A stretch of DNA of 64,000 nt from Nanobdellota archaeon (GCA_021802505.1 JAJZXE010000002.1:11770-75769), one strand, 5' to 3'; numbered from the stretch's first letter, positions 9,267 to 19,066 are shown. The notes: generated by a model from the letters alone, not told the origin. Numbers and translations: made by a program.

Positions 9267-9767
9267 ATGATGGACGAAATAAGGAGGATCAGCGGTCTTG
9301 ATGATCAGTCAATCCTCGGCTTTTTAGACATAAAAAAGGGCTACAGCGTGATCGATATAGGCGGGGGGGACGGGTTCTTCGGTAAAAAGTTTATGCAATT
9401 TACCGACGATGTGACTGTTCTGGATTTTAATGATAGGTATTTTGAGGATCTGAAAAACAGCGGTATAAAAACAATCAAGGAGGATATCTGCCATTACAAC
9501 AAGGGAAAGTATGATCTGGTTTTCATGTCGAATGTGTACCATGATCTTGTATATGAATGCAGGGAAGATGTGCTTAAAAATATACAAAAAATAGCGAAGA
9601 GGTACATAGCCGTCCTGGATTTCAAGCCGGAGGAAACCCCTTTCGGACCGCCATTGAAAATACGGCTTGGTAAATCTCAGGTAATAGAGGACATGGGCAG
9701 TATAGGTTTTAAGCAGTCAAAAGAATTGGAATTAAAATATCATTATCTGCTGCTCTTTGAAAAATAG
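9267..9767 (+). CDS. Small class I SAM-dependent methyltransferase
   Basis: Motif I 'VIDIGGGDGFFG', an acidic 'VLDF' after beta2, and 'DLVFMSNVYHD' post-I motifs. Confidence 0.5.
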   Translation: MMDEIRRISGLDDQSILGFLDIKKGYSVIDIGGGDGFFGKKFMQFTDDVTVLDFNDRYFEDLKNSGIKTIKEDICHYNKGKYDLVFMSNVYHDLVYECREDVLKNIQKIAKRYIAVLDFKPEETPFGPPLKIRLGKSQVIEDMGSIGFKQSKELELKYHYLLLFEK

Positions 9768-9807
9768 GCTTTAAAATTATTTATATCCGTTCTAGTCATT
9801 GATTCCT

Positions 9808-10440
9808 ATGGTCTTTAGCCAGGTAAATATAAACATCCGGGACGGCAGAAAGGAGATCGTAAAAAAATATAATGGTTTTAATTCTTCCAAATGGTGGCTT
9901 TCCCGGTTACTTCATCCGTTTTATCCGTTTGCTTCCTCGTCAAAGAGCAGACTTGAAAGAGAATTAAACTTTTTAAGATCCGAAAACAAACTGAAAAAAC
10001 CGGAAGTTTATAGTTTTAATATGGATGAGAGGGAGATAAGGCGGCAGTTCATAGAGGGAAAGAATGATTACTGCAACGGCGGCGGAATAGGAAAGTTATT
10101 GTCAGAGGTGCATAAAGAAGGTTATGTTCTTGGGGATTCAAAGCTTGATAATTTCATATGCAATTCCGATTCCGTTTATATAATCGATGCGGAGCAGGCA
10201 ATCCATGCAGATAAAAACAGATACAGGTACTGGGATGTCTCACTGCTTTTGTTGTCCGCCGGTTATTACAATTATTCAAATATAGAGGGGTTTAAGTCGT
10301 TTATTGATGGTTTTTCAAGGGAGTATGCCTACTGGAAAGGATACCGGGAAAGAGTCTTAAAAGGGCCGTATTCCCTGCTTTTTTTGTTAATGCCCGTACA
10401 GCATGTTGCAGCGTTAAGGAAGGCACTGCTTGACCGCTAG
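9808..10440 (+). CDS. RIO/Bud32-like atypical protein kinase (C-lobe-like)
   Basis: 'GYVLGDSKLDNFIC' resembles a kinase catalytic loop and 'VYIIDAEQAIH' resembles the RIO 'IIDxxQ(S/A)' metal-binding loop. The track start at 9799 is TTG; ATG is at 9808. Confidence 0.4.
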   Translation: MVFSQVNINIRDGRKEIVKKYNGFNSSKWWLSRLLHPFYPFASSSKSRLERELNFLRSENKLKKPEVYSFNMDEREIRRQFIEGKNDYCNGGGIGKLLSEVHKEGYVLGDSKLDNFICNSDSVYIIDAEQAIHADKNRYRYWDVSLLLLSAGYYNYSNIEGFKSFIDGFSREYAYWKGYRERVLKGPYSLLFLLMPVQHVAALRKALLDR

Positions 10441-10455
10441 AATCTTTCTGCTGTC

Positions 10456-11136
10456 TTATTCTTTTTCGCTGTTTGTGTTATAGTTTAAGAGTTTCATCAT
10501 CTTATTCTTTATGTGCGCACCGCGCCACAGAGCGGACAATATCATCATATTGATCACAAAGAACATGTCTCCGAGTCCGACAAGAAAGGCGGCGTATTCG
10601 CGCGGCGTTATCAATCCCTCCTTTGCAAGCGGAAGTATTGCAACCGCATTCATCGCTATCCAGAAAGGGTAGATTATCTCGCTTTCCTTCTGATACAACC
10701 CGTTTTTCTTCAGGTATTTCACCTCTGTTTTGTCGAGATAATTCAGAAGGTGCATCTTCGTAAAGCTGTCCTTTGAATTAAACCAGACTGAGTTGTATAT
10801 ATTATATCCGTTTTTCAACAGATCTTTTTCAAACGTGCGGAGAGCGGAGTAGGCGGTGCCGAAATAATATGCACTTTGGTTGAAGCCCTTTACCGCATAT
10901 TTTTTCATGTAATCGGATGCTGCGGAATAATACATGCCGAAAACGTATTTAAACTGGGATGGGTTCTTTACCGATTCTTCCTCCAATCTCCTATACCTCT
11001 TTTCTCCCACCTTATCCTTGAATTCCGACAGAATTGAATGTAGATCATATCTGGATTTATCCTTTATTTTTTTATCAGGATTTATTGAAACATCCAGCAA
11101 AGAAACGAGATCGGTCCCTTCTTTCTGTTCCGCCAT
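10456..11136 (-). CDS. Hypothetical protein with hydrophobic C-terminal helices
   Basis: 226-aa ORF. No recognisable motif. Confidence 0.35.
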   Translation of the reverse strand: MAEQKEGTDLVSLLDVSINPDKKIKDKSRYDLHSILSEFKDKVGEKRYRRLEEESVKNPSQFKYVFGMYYSAASDYMKKYAVKGFNQSAYYFGTAYSALRTFEKDLLKNGYNIYNSVWFNSKDSFTKMHLLNYLDKTEVKYLKKNGLYQKESEIIYPFWIAMNAVAILPLAKEGLITPREYAAFLVGLGDMFFVINMMILSALWRGAHIKNKMMKLLNYNTNSEKE

Positions 11137-11167
11137 CTGATTTATGGTTTTTTATAGAATTTATACC

Positions 11168-11722
11168 CTATTTTCTGAGCCGTACAGCCCACGCCGCTAA
11201 TTTTTCAACCAGATCCTTTATTAAGGTCACGGTATCCTCATCGATAAACAAGCCCTTTTCCACTTTTTCGCCCGCGCCTCCGATGAAGACCTGCGGTCTC
11301 TCCAGGGGATGAGCATTCAAAAAAGAGAATATCTGCCGTAGATGATATTGTGCAACCGCCGTCCCTATTATGGCGCCGCCGCTCGCACCTATCGTTGCAA
11401 CCGGCTTATCATCAAAGGAATTGTTGCCGTATGGCCTGGAAGCCCAGTCTATCGCATTCTTTAATACTCCAGGAATCGATCTGTTGTATTCCGGTGTTGC
11501 AATCAGTATTGCGTCCGCCCCCGTTAGGGCGTTTTTAAAGTTTCTCACGCTTTCCGGCATGCTGCCCTCTTCGTCCTGGTTGTAGAGAGGTATGCCGTTT
11601 AAATCGAGTACGTTTATTTCTATGTTTTCAGGTGCGTATTTCTTTGCCGTATTTATTATTGCCTTGTTGAAGGAATCCTGTCTCAGGCTGCCGGCAAATG
11701 CAGCTATGACGATTTTTTCCAT
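11168..11722 (-). CDS. NAD(P)H-dependent FMN reductase (SsuE/ArsH-like flavodoxin fold)
   Basis: 'KIVIAAFAGSLRQDSFN...', 'ADAILIATPEYNRSIPGVLKNAIDWASRP' and 'ATIGASGG' are typical NADPH-dependent FMN reductase blocks. Confidence 0.85.
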   Translation of the reverse strand: MEKIVIAAFAGSLRQDSFNKAIINTAKKYAPENIEINVLDLNGIPLYNQDEEGSMPESVRNFKNALTGADAILIATPEYNRSIPGVLKNAIDWASRPYGNNSFDDKPVATIGASGGAIIGTAVAQYHLRQIFSFLNAHPLERPQVFIGGAGEKVEKGLFIDEDTVTLIKDLVEKLAAWAVRLRK

Positions 11723-11778
11723 TCTTTAATTATTTCATTAAGATATATAAACATTTCTATTATATCGTAGGAACGATA

Positions 11779-12831
11779 TTATCTTTTGAACGATAAAATC
11801 CTGGATTTTATGCTGTTAAGCCGGTCTATTGTGATTCCGCGTTCATCCTCAACCGTAAATCCGAAATCCGCGAAAAATCTGGTATAGGATTCAATAAGTT
11901 TTACCGAATGTCCATATGATATATAAGAGGAAGAGGGTATGTGATACTTCAGTTCCAACGGCGAGAATATCAGCTTTCCCCCGCGGTTTATCGCTGAAAG
12001 TATACTTTTAATGAAAAGCAGGTAGGATGGCTGGTATATATATGAGTTTAAGGCGATTATACCGTTGTATTTTCTGTCGGATTTGAATTTTTCGGGAATG
12101 CCGTCTATGAAGCGTATCTTATCCCCGAATTCGCCCTTTAATTTTCCCCTTATTTCAGGGGATAATTCAACCGCATCAACTGTTCCGAATTTTTTAATGA
12201 GAGCGTTCGTTATCCTGCCGTATCCGGGGTTTATCTGCAGTATAGGGGGCTTGATGTTTTCTATTATGTCATTTATCTTGCCCACAGTCTTCATATCCAG
12301 ATAATTTTTATATCTGAAAAACGGATGATTGCTTTTTGATGAGCATGAAAACTGTTCGAAAGAATAATTTGGACGGTTGTCGAATGTATTTTTTATACGT
12401 TTATATTCCCCTTTAAGAACCGGAAAATGCATGGATAGGAAACACATCGCATCTACAACCCTCCAGCTCACATTCAGCAGGTTTTTTATTTCACTTATCT
12501 TTATCCACTTTGCATCTATCGTTTCCTTGTCCACTACGTCAAGAGCATGCGGCTCGCCTGAAAACGAAGTTATCAGGAAAAAACAATCAATTCCGGTGTG
12601 CAGCCAGTGTACCGCCTCATTTTTTTGTCCCAGTGACGTTATACTTTTGGCTGTTATGTCCACCTCTTCCTTTATCTCGCGCTTTACCGCTTCTTCGGGA
12701 GTTTCTCCCTCTTCTATTCCCCCGCCGGGAACCTCCCATATCCTGCCGAGTTTTAATTTTCTCAGGTCTATAAGAATATAATTGCCCTTCTTTATGATCC
12801 CTATCGCGGCTTTATTCCCCACATTATCCAT
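11779..12831 (-). CDS. Nudix hydrolase fused to a class I methyltransferase-like C-terminal domain
   Basis: N-terminal Nudix box 'GGGIEEGETPEEAVKREIKEEV'. The C-terminal half has 'VDAVELSPEIRGKLKGEFGDKIRFIDGIPE...GIIALNSYIY', which resembles a Rossmann MTase. Confidence 0.6.
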   Translation of the reverse strand: MDNVGNKAAIGIIKKGNYILIDLRKLKLGRIWEVPGGGIEEGETPEEAVKREIKEEVDITAKSITSLGQKNEAVHWLHTGIDCFFLITSFSGEPHALDVVDKETIDAKWIKISEIKNLLNVSWRVVDAMCFLSMHFPVLKGEYKRIKNTFDNRPNYSFEQFSCSSKSNHPFFRYKNYLDMKTVGKINDIIENIKPPILQINPGYGRITNALIKKFGTVDAVELSPEIRGKLKGEFGDKIRFIDGIPEKFKSDRKYNGIIALNSYIYQPSYLLFIKSILSAINRGGKLIFSPLELKYHIPSSSYISYGHSVKLIESYTRFFADFGFTVEDERGITIDRLNSIKSRILSFKR

Positions 12832-12903
12832 ATTTTTTTAAACCATCCAAAGATTAAACCCTTTTCATGATAAGCGTATATATTATTATTTCATAATCAG
12901 TTA

Positions 12904-14106
12904 ATGAAAAATACAGACGGGGAGGAAAGGACTTTCAAGTTCTTTTTGATTTCAAGGGCTACGAGAAGCATCTCGCTTATATTTGTCACGCTGGCCCTAC
13001 CACTGTATCTTTTTGCACTGCATTACAATATAATATCCATAGGGATAATATATTTCGTTATAATGTCATTTAACGCGGTGTTATCGCTTCTCTTGGGTGC
13101 ACTGGGTGACAGGGTCGGATACAAAAAATCCCTTATAATCGGAGAATTTTTCCCGCTCACAGCGCTGATTATGCTCGCGCTTTCAACTAATTTTTTCGTG
13201 ATAGTCATCGCCGCAGTGATAGGCGGGATCGCGGGCATTGCGGGGGGGATGCGCGGTACTTTTTCACCGGGATCTACAGCGCTTATAGTAAGCAACTGGG
13301 AAGAGCAGAAAGAGAGGGTAAAAAAACTCGCGCAGACGACTTATGTAGGGTCCGGCTTCGCCATATTCGGAGGCCTGCTGCTTTATCTGCGAAGCTTTCT
13401 TATAAATTCTATCGGAGACATACTCAGTTTCAGGCTATTATTCGGGTTTTCGGCGTTTATGATACTGATATCACTCATATCTTTACTGTTTGTGACTGAG
13501 GTCAGACGACCGAAGAAAACTACAAGGGTGATGAAAAAGGAAAGCGCTAAATACTCTCTGAGGATAATAACCGCGAATCTGTTCAATGGTTTTGGTATGG
13601 GGGTCGCATTGCCCCTGCTCCCGCTGTGGTTTGAACTGAGATTTGGTGTGGATACCGGTCTGATAGGGATAATATATACCATCTCCTATGCGGCCACTGC
13701 AATTGCCGCGTATCTGGCATCCAAACGGGCATATCTCACAAAATTTTCCATAGTGTTTACGGCATCATATACCAGAACACTGCAGGGAGCAATGCTAATC
13801 ATCATTGCCTTTTCTCCTCTTTTTATACTATCCTCTGTTTTCTTCATGATACGTTCCTTCATTGCGGGCTTTGGATCGCCGTCCAGAAGCGCAGTCAACA
13901 TGAGCGGAGTTAATTCCCAGGATTACGGAACGGCGTCAAGCGTGATGGGCGTAGCAAACAGGGTATCGCAGACGAGTTCCGGTCTATCCGGATACCTTAT
14001 GGACATTTCACTTCCTTTCCCGGTTTTATTGGGAGGGCTACTGCAGACCATAGGAGGTTTTGTCTACTATAGAGTGCTCACACCTAAAAGAAAAAAGGGC
14101 TTATAA
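12904..14106 (+). CDS. MFS transporter
   Basis: 12 predicted TM helices. 'GALGDRVGYKK' matches the MFS loop 2-3 signature. Confidence 0.75.
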   Translation: MKNTDGEERTFKFFLISRATRSISLIFVTLALPLYLFALHYNIISIGIIYFVIMSFNAVLSLLLGALGDRVGYKKSLIIGEFFPLTALIMLALSTNFFVIVIAAVIGGIAGIAGGMRGTFSPGSTALIVSNWEEQKERVKKLAQTTYVGSGFAIFGGLLLYLRSFLINSIGDILSFRLLFGFSAFMILISLISLLFVTEVRRPKKTTRVMKKESAKYSLRIITANLFNGFGMGVALPLLPLWFELRFGVDTGLIGIIYTISYAATAIAAYLASKRAYLTKFSIVFTASYTRTLQGAMLIIIAFSPLFILSSVFFMIRSFIAGFGSPSRSAVNMSGVNSQDYGTASSVMGVANRVSQTSSGLSGYLMDISLPFPVLLGGLLQTIGGFVYYRVLTPKRKKGL

Positions 14107-14128
14107 ACCATCAAGTTTTGTAAATGTA

Positions 14129-14689
14129 ATGAGCCTGGACTCCCTGGTAGACGATAAAAGTGAAGCGTTACCGGGCGATAAAAATATCAGATACTATTTT
14201 AGGAAGATTTATCTGGAGATTAAAAATTTTTATAAAACGAATCTTTCGGTTAAATTTAAACTGCTCTACGAAAGCGCTGCAGTATTATCCGACAGGCTGC
14301 TTACTGTTTTCGGCATAGATTACCGGGGCGGGCAGGAGGCGAATCCCATCATGGCTAAACTGTTCAATTACATCGGGATGATACCGACTGCGATAGGCTC
14401 ATACCTGGCTGCAAACATATTTTTTTATGTATTTTCCAAAAAGCTTCACAGCAAGGTAGGGCTGCAGAACAGAGAAATGCTGGGAGGCATTTATTTGGGC
14501 CTGGCGGGAGCCGAGTCCCTTGTATCGCTGCATAATTACCTTACCATTAACAACTACAATGACATAATCGCAAATATGAGTTATACCCAGGTACTTTTAC
14601 CAGTAAGTTTGATAGTGGCTGCACCTTTTCTTTATTATTTTTCAAAAAATTATCTTAGAAATAAGCGTGAGGAAAATACAGTCAACTAA
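14129..14689 (+). CDS. Hypothetical membrane protein
   Basis: The track ORF starts at a TTG inside the MFS gene. ATG at 14129 ('MSLDSLVDD') avoids that overlap. 3-4 TM helices. Confidence 0.35.
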   Translation: MSLDSLVDDKSEALPGDKNIRYYFRKIYLEIKNFYKTNLSVKFKLLYESAAVLSDRLLTVFGIDYRGGQEANPIMAKLFNYIGMIPTAIGSYLAANIFFYVFSKKLHSKVGLQNREMLGGIYLGLAGAESLVSLHNYLTINNYNDIIANMSYTQVLLPVSLIVAAPFLYYFSKNYLRNKREENTVN

Positions 14690-15555
14690 TCTACATAAAA
14701 TTCAAGCGAGAATATCTTCATTCTCTCATTTCTTTCCACAGGTTTCAGTCTCGGCATGTATTTTCTTATTACCTTCACTTCGGGTTCCTTGAATCCGTCA
14801 ACGACTGCAATATATCCTCTGTTATTTACCGCTGAAACTGTTGAAGAATTGCCGCATGATGATAATACCTGCAGATCAAGATTGTTTATGCCGTGTTCTT
14901 TTAATATGCCTGCATCCGCACAGATTTCTACGGAGGTTTTTATCCCGTTAAAATCAATTATCGGGTCTTTCCCGTAGGATAGGGAATAATCCGGATCCTT
15001 CGATGTCTCCGAGGGATAAAGCATTAAACTGCCCTCTAAATTGAACTTGGATCCGAGGCCATCGTTAAATTTATACACTGCCTTAAGCACTTTACCATCT
15101 TTTATTACCGGCATAACATTATAAAGTATCCTGTCCTTGTCATAGAACATGGCTGTACCAGGGTAAATCAACATCCCGGAGTTTTTGCTCGCGCTGGCGA
15201 CAGCTGTTAATATCTTTTCAAATTCTTTTTTTGAGTGCGGAATATACGGATAATCGTTAAATTTATCAGATTCCATATCCGCCTTTTCAATCAGTATCTT
15301 TTTTGCATCCCTGGGTGCATATTCTATATAATCTGGCGCATTGAATAGGATATCAATCACCTTTGAGATCTTTTTGCCTTTTATCATGCCTTTCGAGAAT
15401 ACTCCGGGTGGACAGGTAAGACTCCATTCCGGGCCTATCAGTACATCTATTCCCCTTTCTTTTGCATATTTTATGTTTTCTATGACCTCATACGGACTTC
15501 CGTATTCCTGTGTTTCCAGGTTGGTCATTGCACCTAAAAGCATTTCTAATCTCAT
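14686..15555 (-). CDS. Carbon-nitrogen hydrolase (nitrilase superfamily)-like protein, paralog 1
   Basis: 'DVLIGPEW' (catalytic Glu, hhhPE), 'SVEICADAG' (candidate catalytic Cys), 'NNLDLQVLSSCG'. Clear paralog of 27982-28773. Confidence 0.5.
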   Translation of the reverse strand: MRLEMLLGAMTNLETQEYGSPYEVIENIKYAKERGIDVLIGPEWSLTCPPGVFSKGMIKGKKISKVIDILFNAPDYIEYAPRDAKKILIEKADMESDKFNDYPYIPHSKKEFEKILTAVASASKNSGMLIYPGTAMFYDKDRILYNVMPVIKDGKVLKAVYKFNDGLGSKFNLEGSLMLYPSETSKDPDYSLSYGKDPIIDFNGIKTSVEICADAGILKEHGINNLDLQVLSSCGNSSTVSAVNNRGYIAVVDGFKEPEVKVIRKYMPRLKPVERNERMKIFSLEFYVD

Positions 15556-15611
15556 TTTGTTTATTAGAAAGTAGATAATATTAATAGTTTTTCTTTAAAT
15601 CAATGACAGCT

Positions 15612-16253
15612 TTAAGGAGGAGCGGCTAAATGCGCAGGAACTGCAACTCCACCTATATAGGCCGCGAGCAGCGAACCCAGTGTTATAAAGAGAAGGAATA
15701 GGACGATAAATATTATATAATTTCTATTCAGAGGTTTATTGCTCCCATTGCTTCTATATCTGTCCATAATTAATGTAGTAGGATATGCAAATATGCCTGC
15801 TAGACCGAAAGCTGTATAAAGCCCCAACAATGCGAGCGGGGAATTCGTGTAACCTAGGTTATATCCCGACACGCCGTATTCTATCAGAACCAATCCGGCA
15901 AATAACGCCATCAAACCGACATACTGCAGCTTCTGGTTGTATTTGACAGATAAGACAAACCCTAAGGAGATTATTCCCAATAGAATGTACGGATCATAGA
16001 AAAGCAGATTATATGCACCCGGTAAACTCCAGGTAATCTCTCCATAGAAACCCATTACAAGTATGAACACGGTAATAGCGGCAACCATATATATGGAACC
16101 CTGGAGATGAGATTCTATGCTCACTTTTGAATTGGATTTATTTACGTACCTCGCTCTGTAATCCCTGTATATTGCAAGAACCACATAATCCATCAAAAAT
16201 CCTAGAAATGCTACTGTAAACAATTCCAAAGCCAACTCATCTACAAAACCCAT
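15612..16253 (-). CDS. Polytopic membrane protein (6-7 TM)
   Basis: Hydrophobic throughout. Sits immediately downstream of the cytochrome b-like gene. Confidence 0.4.
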   Translation of the reverse strand: MGFVDELALELFTVAFLGFLMDYVVLAIYRDYRARYVNKSNSKVSIESHLQGSIYMVAAITVFILVMGFYGEITWSLPGAYNLLFYDPYILLGIISLGFVLSVKYNQKLQYVGLMALFAGLVLIEYGVSGYNLGYTNSPLALLGLYTAFGLAGIFAYPTTLIMDRYRSNGSNKPLNRNYIIFIVLFLLFITLGSLLAAYIGGVAVPAHLAAPP

Positions 16254-16305
16254 AATTATTACGACTTTTATAACGTTATATAGTTATGCTATCCTTAGGG
16301 TTAGC

Positions 16306-17748
16306 CTATTTCTTTGTCCTGCGCATCTCCGGATTCGTATACCTGTTCCAGAACAATTTATATAATTTAAGTTTATCCGGTAATCTGTTCAGATATGGAA
16401 TGAACGGGAAAAGCAGAAGGACGAAAAACACCAACAAAGCTACGGAACCGTTGTAGAGATCGGTCCACCACGGTATGTTCGCCGTTTCTATTTCAAGCAG
16501 GTTATACGGGATCAGCCAGTACTGTATCGACCATGGCGGAGCCCCGACCCTGAGCATTCCAAACTGTGCGGTCCTCAAGCCATAATGTGTAGCCGCGGTC
16601 GTTAAAGCGCCTGTATCATACAGAAATCTGAGAACATAAGTTTCATCCAGTCCGCTAGCGCTTTCATTCTGTACAACAAACTGGTATTCTCCGGATTCCG
16701 CCATTTGGGTAAGTTCTGCCGTCGCAACTAACAGGGGATTATTGGAATTCATTGCGTTTGCAACGGAGCCGTTGTTTTCAAAATAGGAATACGCCTGTGC
16801 AAAATCAAGTTTCTGCTGCGAGGCGTTTTCAGCGGATAAAACCGCGAGTTCATCCGTTTTGTTTGCGGACTGGATATAAAAGGAATAAGGTACGGAAAAA
16901 TAAACGGATCTCGTGCTGAAAGTATAAGGATCTATGGTGTCCAGGTATGTTGCCGTGCCCGATGAGAAATTGTATTCCTGCAGTAATGTCGCCGCGGTAT
17001 TCGAAGGGTTTGAATCTGCGGCCTGGCTTATCGTAAGCGGCGCTATATACGGAGAGCTGAATACAAATGCGAATACCATTACTATTATAAATATATACAC
17101 CATCCTTCTGTACATTTTTTTATGGTCCGCTTTCACCATCTTATACGGAATGTCTTTTCTATAAGGTTTGCTCAGTCCGTCTTTTTTAACGAGAGAATAA
17201 TGGAGAAAGATAAGCAATAACAGCATAATGGGTATGATCGCTACATGCCATCCTAAAACTGCGCCCTGATTCAACGGATTTACCCAGAAACCCAGGCCGA
17301 ATCCGTTCCACAGGTCAGCGCCCGCCTTGTCATTCCACTGCGAAAGCAGTCCGCCCTGGACTCCCACCCCGAATGCAAATTCAAGAAGAACGAGCATCAA
17401 TAAGACACTGCCTATCATCCAAACCAGTTTTTTCTTTTTAAACGCAGACGTCGAAAAATTCACAAATAAATGTATAAACATCAGGGTCACAAACGCCTCT
17501 GCCGCCCACAGGTGGATACTCCTGAAAAGAGTACCGACAGCGGTTGTATCCCACCAGTACGGGCCAAAGATAAGCATAACCATTCCTGTAAGAGCAAGTA
17601 TCACAAACAATTCCAGAAGATATATCCCTATGGTGAAAAAGAAGCTGTTTCCGTAGGAAGGGACGTATTTTATGTACTGATCCTGCATCAGACCGATAAT
17701 CGGCTTAAAAAACGCCTTTATTCCCTTTTCATCGTCATTCATATTCAT
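16306..17748 (-). CDS. Cytochrome b-like di-heme membrane protein with an expanded glycosylated ef loop
   Basis: 'FVILALTGMVML' resembles cyt b 'QIxTG'. Helix B is 'RSIHLWAAEAFVTLMFIHLF' (H-x13-H). Helix D is 'GWHVAIIPIMLLLLIFLHYS' (H-x14-H, b6-like spacing). After helix E comes a roughly 190-aa Ser/Thr/Asn-rich segment with many NxS/T sequons, then 'IPWWTD' (a PEWY-like position), then a final TM helix. Confidence 0.55.
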   Translation of the reverse strand: MNMNDDEKGIKAFFKPIIGLMQDQYIKYVPSYGNSFFFTIGIYLLELFVILALTGMVMLIFGPYWWDTTAVGTLFRSIHLWAAEAFVTLMFIHLFVNFSTSAFKKKKLVWMIGSVLLMLVLLEFAFGVGVQGGLLSQWNDKAGADLWNGFGLGFWVNPLNQGAVLGWHVAIIPIMLLLLIFLHYSLVKKDGLSKPYRKDIPYKMVKADHKKMYRRMVYIFIIVMVFAFVFSSPYIAPLTISQAADSNPSNTAATLLQEYNFSSGTATYLDTIDPYTFSTRSVYFSVPYSFYIQSANKTDELAVLSAENASQQKLDFAQAYSYFENNGSVANAMNSNNPLLVATAELTQMAESGEYQFVVQNESASGLDETYVLRFLYDTGALTTAATHYGLRTAQFGMLRVGAPPWSIQYWLIPYNLLEIETANIPWWTDLYNGSVALLVFFVLLLFPFIPYLNRLPDKLKLYKLFWNRYTNPEMRRTKK

Positions 17749-17783
17749 ATCTCTGTTTCATTATTTTTATAAAATACTGTAAC

Positions 17784-18140
17784 TCAATGGTTATTACCAT
17801 TCGGTCCCTGTTCGCATTCCCCGCAGGGCTTGATCTCCGCTACTCTGCCTTTACAATTGGCAGTTTTGAAGGATTCAAATTCTGATAACAGCTTGATTCC
17901 GCTTTCCGTAACGTTGTATTCGCTTCTCTTTAGTTTGCCGTCATAATATATTTTTTTTGTGATAAGCTCTCTCTTTATGAGGTCATTCAGTGCTTTATTC
18001 AGCGTTTTCGGATATATATTGACGTTTAAACCCAGTAACTTATCAAAATTTATGTTCTTATTGTTGTTTATCTCTTCAAGTATGGAAGCGTCCCATTTCT
18101 TTCCGAGCACGTTTAAGAGATCTATAGTGCTGCATGTCAT
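17784..18140 (-). CDS. HxlR-family winged-helix transcriptional regulator
   Basis: 'CSTIDLLNVLGKKWDASILEEI...FDKLL...NIYPKTLNKALNDLIKRELITKK...RSEYNVTESGIKL' follows the HxlR pattern (C..L..LG.KW...IL, then L...L..L...GLI.R, then the Y.LT..G block). Confidence 0.7.
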   Translation of the reverse strand: MTCSTIDLLNVLGKKWDASILEEINNNKNINFDKLLGLNVNIYPKTLNKALNDLIKRELITKKIYYDGKLKRSEYNVTESGIKLLSEFESFKTANCKGRVAEIKPCGECEQGPNGNNH

Positions 18141-18172
18141 AACTATCCATTGTTCTTTTTATTTTAATGCCT

Positions 18173-19066
18173 TTAATCCGTCTTTTCTTCCTTGAAATTG
18201 TAATTATTTATCTTGTCCTCGCTTTTCTTGTGCTGTTTGGATATGGGCTCGGTGTAATATTTCTCCTCCAGATCAGACAGCAAGGATAGGTCTTCTCTGC
18301 TTAAATCCAAGGCCGCCGCGGCTATATCCTCTTTCATGTGCTCCATATTGCTCGCTTTTGGAATCGGGAATGTATTCTCTTTATGCAGGAGCCAGCTCAA
18401 CGAAACCTGCGCGGGAGTCGCTGAATATCTTTCCGCTACCTTTTTAAGGTCGGAAAGAAGTGCGGTATTGCTGAAAATTTTACCGTGAGACAGCGGGCTG
18501 TAGGCTATTACGGCGATGCCATTGTCTTTACAGTAGTCGAATAATCCGCTTTTTTCAATGTCCCTGGTGATTATGCTGTATTCCACCTGGTTCGAAGAGA
18601 TTTCATACTTGGACATTGCTGCCTGGGCTTCTTTTGTTTCTTCCAGTGAAAAATTACTTATCCCGATGTGCCTTATCTTTCCGTCTTCGACGAGCTTTTC
18701 CATGGCCCGCATTGTTTCTTTTATCGGAATGGACTTGCTCGGCCAATGCAGCTGATAAAGATCAAGGTAATCCGTTCCCAGGTTTTTAAGGCTGTTTTCG
18801 CACGCGTTTATAACATCGTCATATTTGAAATGTGTAGGCCAGACTTTGCTTGCTATAAAAAGTTTCTCCCTATCGTAGCCTTCTATTGATTCCTTAACAA
18901 CCGGTTCGGTACCATACATTTCCGCGGTGTCTATGAAATTAATGCCGTTGTCTACCGCATATCTTATCGCTCTTACGTTTTCTTCCCTGTTGCTGCTGAG
19001 TTCCCACGTGCCTACTCCCATTACGGACAATTGTCTTTTGGTCTTATTGAATTCCTTCATTTCCAT
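18173..19066 (-). CDS. Aldo/keto reductase
   Basis: 'INFIDTAEMYGTE', 'YLDLYQLHWP' and 'IRHIGISNF' are canonical AKR blocks. Confidence 0.9.
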   Translation of the reverse strand: MEMKEFNKTKRQLSVMGVGTWELSSNREENVRAIRYAVDNGINFIDTAEMYGTEPVVKESIEGYDREKLFIASKVWPTHFKYDDVINACENSLKNLGTDYLDLYQLHWPSKSIPIKETMRAMEKLVEDGKIRHIGISNFSLEETKEAQAAMSKYEISSNQVEYSIITRDIEKSGLFDYCKDNGIAVIAYSPLSHGKIFSNTALLSDLKKVAERYSATPAQVSLSWLLHKENTFPIPKASNMEHMKEDIAAAALDLSREDLSLLSDLEEKYYTEPISKQHKKSEDKINNYNFKEEKTD

